A stretch of 63,169 nucleotides of DNA, filler included, from Lenisia limosa (lineage: Eukaryota; Protista; Breviatea): assembly GCA_001655205.1 (NCBI GenBank). It is 17 parts of 17 records of this genome, joined end to end, with 100 filler letters (N's around TTAATTAATTAA, not from the genome) between each part and the next. Parts side by side here need not be neighbours in the genome. Positions count along the whole stretch, not along the records: positions 59,393 to 61,959 come from LPNZ01009465.1; positions 62,060 to 63,169 come from LPNZ01006191.1; 15 more parts are not named here. One strand, given 5' to 3'. Made by a program: the position numbers and the translations under genes. The notes below the pieces were generated by a model. That model was not told where the DNA came from, did no database searches, and saw only the letters and a list, made by a program, of their open reading frames with translations. Shown here in pieces: positions 59,393-63,169 of this stretch. Each line of letters starts with the position of its first letter. The first letter of the stretch is position 1.

Positions 59393-61959
59393 ATCCTGAC
59401 GGTACCACTCCTCAACGCCCGGTGTTTGCTGTAGAAGTTGAACTCTCCATTCCTGTCGTTTCTGTGACCCCGTCTATCGCCACCGTCCAAGAGGCTGTGG
59501 TGCACGTTAGTCGCAATATTGTCCATGTTGCTGATGGTGTTCAAACTGTTGCTCAGGGTGTAAGGTTGGTGGGGGGGGGGTAATGAAATTTATGAGTGAA
59601 AAAAAGTCGAAAATCAACTCTTTGTGGCTGGGGAGGTGGGCTTCTTCGGTTCAAAAAAGACCGGTAAAATATCGATAAATTTCGAGGATTTATCGAGAAA
59701 TGCAGTCTTTTTTTGAACCAAAGTGAAGCCCTAGGTGTAAGATTNNNNNNNNNNNNNNNNNNNNNNNNNNNNNNNNNNNNNNNNNNNNNNNNNNNNNNNN
59801 NNNNNNNNNNNNNNNNNNNNNNNNTGTTTTAGTTGTCCAATTTTGCGATGAGGTGCTTCAGAAGCGACTTACCTAGCCTTGTTTGTTTTGTTGTTACTCT
59901 TGTGTGTTGTCTACCAACAGAGTTGATTTGGGGTTTTTTTGTTGCATAAATTAATTTTACTCTNNNNNNNNNNCCAGACTCTTCAGCGACCGCATTTCGG
60001 CGAACAGGTCCCTACTGTGGCGCCTGCTGAAGCTGTCGTGTGCGCTCAACCACGTAAAGGCCGATGTACAGAGTCTTTTGGACGGCTTCTCAGAACATTC
60101 GTTTTTGTGGAGAAATGATCTGCAGGTAGGAGGGAGGTAGTTGATCTTTTTCGATAGGTTGACAGATTAACAATTATGGAGGTGAACACTTACCATATTA
60201 GGCAGTATCCAAAAAATGCTTACCATATCACAATACACTTACCATATTAGGAAGTCTACGCCCAATTTATGGCAACCAACCCCACGCCGGCTGACTTTGA
60301 GCACGAAATGCGGCATTATCTCCGGATTGAAACGAAAGTTGCCGAAATCTCCGAGGGTCTCCCTGTGCCGCCCCTGGTACTTCTAACCCAACCCCTGCGA
60401 TACGCCCTGAAAGCGGAGGCGGCGGCTTGGAAGGTGGGCTGTAATAAAGTGATCTGAACTGATTTGTAATTGAACTGAACTGATGATACTATTTTTTTGT
60501 TGGTTTTTTTTCTTCTCAGAATTCAATTCTAGTGGTGCTTCATCCTCCTAAATAAAAAAACCGAATTCAATAAATAATCGAATTTTGTCAGGTTACCAGG
60601 ACTCCATTTCAAATTCATAACATAATTTCCCTCAAAATAGTATTATATATGAACTAAACTGAACTGAAACTGATATTGATATTGTAGTCACAATTTGGCC
60701 AGACCCTTCACGCCTCTGCAACCTACGCTCTGAACAAGCTTCACTCCGAAATAGAGGTGCGTTTTGCGTAAGATTTGATAGTACATTTCAAGATCAACCA
60801 ATTAATCATTCTCTCATTTCTTCTTAAATATGTTTTGCCAAACACTTCTTCAAATGTCAGAAAAGCCGGCAAGTAGTAATACCAAGACTTCTTTAATACT
60901 CTTATCTTTATTTGAAACAAACTGCAATGCGACGTAAACGAAGACAATGTAAATCATGTCTACACCGCTCAACCATTTTTCCAGTTATTCACCAGCGTAC
61001 GTGGTTCTAAGGCTGTCTGTTAACGGCTGTATTGGGCAACAATAAGAACGATAGGATAACATCCTAGCATTGCTCATACCTAAAAGGTGAAATATCACGA
61101 ATAATACAAAATACTATTCTTGCCCCCCCCCCAANNNNNNNNNNNNNNNNNNNNNNNNNNNNNNNNNNNNNNNNNNNNNNNNNNNNNNNNNNNNNNNNNN
61201 NNNNNNNNNNNNNNNNNNNNNNNNNNNNNNNNNTAGTCTCACTCCCCCCGGCGTTGCTTTTGGGTTTATTGTTTTGTTTCATAAATTTCTCAACCCGGCC
61301 CGGTCTCGTAAGCTGTAATATTTAAGGTTGTCACAGGTTTTGTCCCTCCCCCACTCCTACAATATTACATCCCCCTCCATATTGCTCTAAATAATATTCC
61401 CCCAGGCCCTCCTAACTATCTCTTCATCCATTATTCACTGCCCTCACTCCTCCCAAATTTTGGACTTGTTTTGCTTCTTGAATTGTGCAGTTTCACAGGG
61501 ATTTGTTTTGTTGTTCTCAACTCTCGTGTGTTGTCAGCCTTCTGAGTTGATTTGGGCCCTTTTTTTTTCATACAATTTTCTGATTTCACCCCCCCCCCCC
61601 NNNNNNNNNNNNNNNNNNNNNNNNNNNNNNNNNNNNNNNNNNNNNNNNNNNNNNNNNNNNNNNNNNNNNNNNNNNNNNNNNNNNNNNNNNNNNNNNNNNN
61701 NNNNNNNNNNNNNNNNNNNNNNNNNNNNNNNNNNNNNNNNNNNNNNNNNNNNNNNNNNNNNNNNNNNNNNNNNNNNNNNNNNNATTTTCTCCTCATGGTA
61801 TCATTTTTACCAAACTTAAACTCCCTTAAGAGTTGTGAAGCAATGTCTCATATTTGTAGTGGACTTCTTTTTTCCCTCCCTCCTCCCTATTACTCATAAC
61901 ATCTGTAGTGGACTTTGCTGTTGCCCCGGTGGAAGACCAGTTCAGACTACTGGCGGAAC
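59393..61959 (+). CDS. Axonemal dynein heavy chain, tail region, outer-arm gamma (DNAH5/8-like); partial
   Basis: RPVFAVEVELSIPVVSVTPSIATVQEAV, LFSDRISANRSLLWRLLKLSCALNHVKADVQSLLDGFSEHSFLWRNDLQ, FMATNPTPADFEHEMRHY..PLRYALKAEAAAWK, VDFAVAPVEDQFRLL are collinear with recalled DNAH5 tail segments (LKFALTAETKAW, IDFQVGPIEESYALL). Confidence 0.75.
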
Positions 61960-62079
61960 NNNNNNNNNNNNNNNNNNNNNNNNNNNNNNNNNNNNNNNNN
62001 NNNTTAATTAATTAANNNNNNNNNNNNNNNNNNNNNNNNNNNNNNNNNNNNNNNNNNNNACTCGTATGAAACACAAACG

Positions 62080-62745
62080 AAACCTCAGTTCCACATACCT
62101 CTAAAACAGACTCAGTGCTAGTAGTGACTGTCCATTCAGGGCATGTGGCTTGGACTACCACGTTCGTGAAGGTGATTTTGAAGTAGGCCTCTGTGAACCT
62201 GTGGGGGATAGGATTAGGGTTAGAAATATGACATTTAATTTGGGAAGGTAACAACAATGTTGTTGCAACCCTGACACGATTGGCTACAATTGTTCTGTGC
62301 TCTCATATGCATCATCCAGTTATCTTATACTAACTCACAACGCAGCAACACTCACCCATTCAGGAACAAGTCCAGGAAATAAAGAGAAGACGGTCCCGTA
62401 ATCATTTCTGGCTCTTTAGTGGCATATTGTAGGCGTGGTTGGCCGTTCTGGTTGGCAAATTGGAACACCTCGTCAACCTCGTCTTCAATCTGATGAGTTA
62501 GATAAGGAGTGCAGGAAACAAGAGGGTGATAATAGTAATAATAATAAAAGCAGTCAATATCATATGTCCTTCGTTAACACCATACCCTTTCCCTGCCTTA
62601 TCAATCTAAATGACACTAAAANNNNNNNNNNTCACTTTAATGGTGACGGAATAGGAGTCCAAAGCAAGGACGTGTGCCTCAATGGGTACAACAAAGAAGC
62701 ATTCCAGCAGCAATGTGTCGGTAATAGTCTTCTCATACACCTGGG
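62080..62745 (-). CDS. Uncharacterised beta-rich multi-exon protein fragment
   Basis: Exons VYEKTITDTLLLECFFVVPIEAHVLALDSYSVTIK, DEVFQFANQNGQPRLQYATKEPEMITGPSSLYFLDLFLNG, FTEAYFKITFTNVVVQATCPEWTV. Confidence 0.4.
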
Positions 62746-63169
62746 GGGGGGGGGTGAACATGAAAAGCCAGGAAAGCTGTTTTGTTGATAAAGTTTCTCC
62801 AACCGAGTTCTACTCCCTTTATTTATTTTGTTGATTGTTTGATGATTGGGAACATATCTCGAGCATATCTCTATATAAGGCCATAAATGGGTGATAATGA
62901 TATAATGATAAATGTCACGAGGAGGCCTGTCACCTGAGCCGCCTTACAGTATTCATTCATATTGCAACCAAGTCTCAACAAACCAACGAACGATTCTTGA
63001 CAGATTTTCTTCACAGCAGAAATATCTCAACTGGCAAATATAACCCCGAGCACTCACACACATAGCATGCTTGCTTGTCAAAAATTAGTTACTAATAATT
63101 CATTAATTCATTGGAGACATAGCATCTCTAAATATCAATAATTTAGGGCTTATATATTTTATATATTTT

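Noticed and set aside
5052-62015. Recurrent TTAATTAATTAA palindromic 12-mer
   Set aside because: Always embedded in N-runs and has stops in six frames: an artificial scaffold linker, not a binding site or repeat.

Overview
Eukaryotic, intron-rich, AT-rich genomic DNA from an unidentified protist-like organism. The window is not contiguous: 16 N-flanked TTAATTAATTAA linkers join 17 short scaffolds, so neighbourhoods across linkers are meaningless. Genes recognised by manual exon stitching (GT-AG introns, standard code): an NPC1/Patched-type sterol-sensing-domain protein, an armadillo-repeat protein, cohesin loader SCC2/NIPBL, a histidine acid phosphatase, DBP5/DDX19, RPS18, a CDK1/Cdc2-type kinase, RPL31, an Ena/VASP-like protein, HDDC2, VPS24/CHMP3 and an outer-arm-type dynein heavy chain, plus several unassigned multi-exon genes. 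No rRNA, tRNA, CRISPR or transposase was recognised. Main observations: (1) introns contain several short dispersed repeat families; two of them (A and B) sit mostly in sense orientation directly against the 3' splice AG and appear to supply the acceptor region, and one DBP5 intron is almost wholly family A including its GT donor; (2) a dense ~100 bp hAT-type MITE family with 8-bp TSDs; (3) recurrent short tandem duplications that copy splice sites; (4) SCC2 carries a C4HC3 PHD-like finger at a position where such a finger has been described as plant-specific; (5) the VASP-like protein has three exon-encoded WH2/GAB-like motifs. All homology calls come from recalled family motifs, not database searches.
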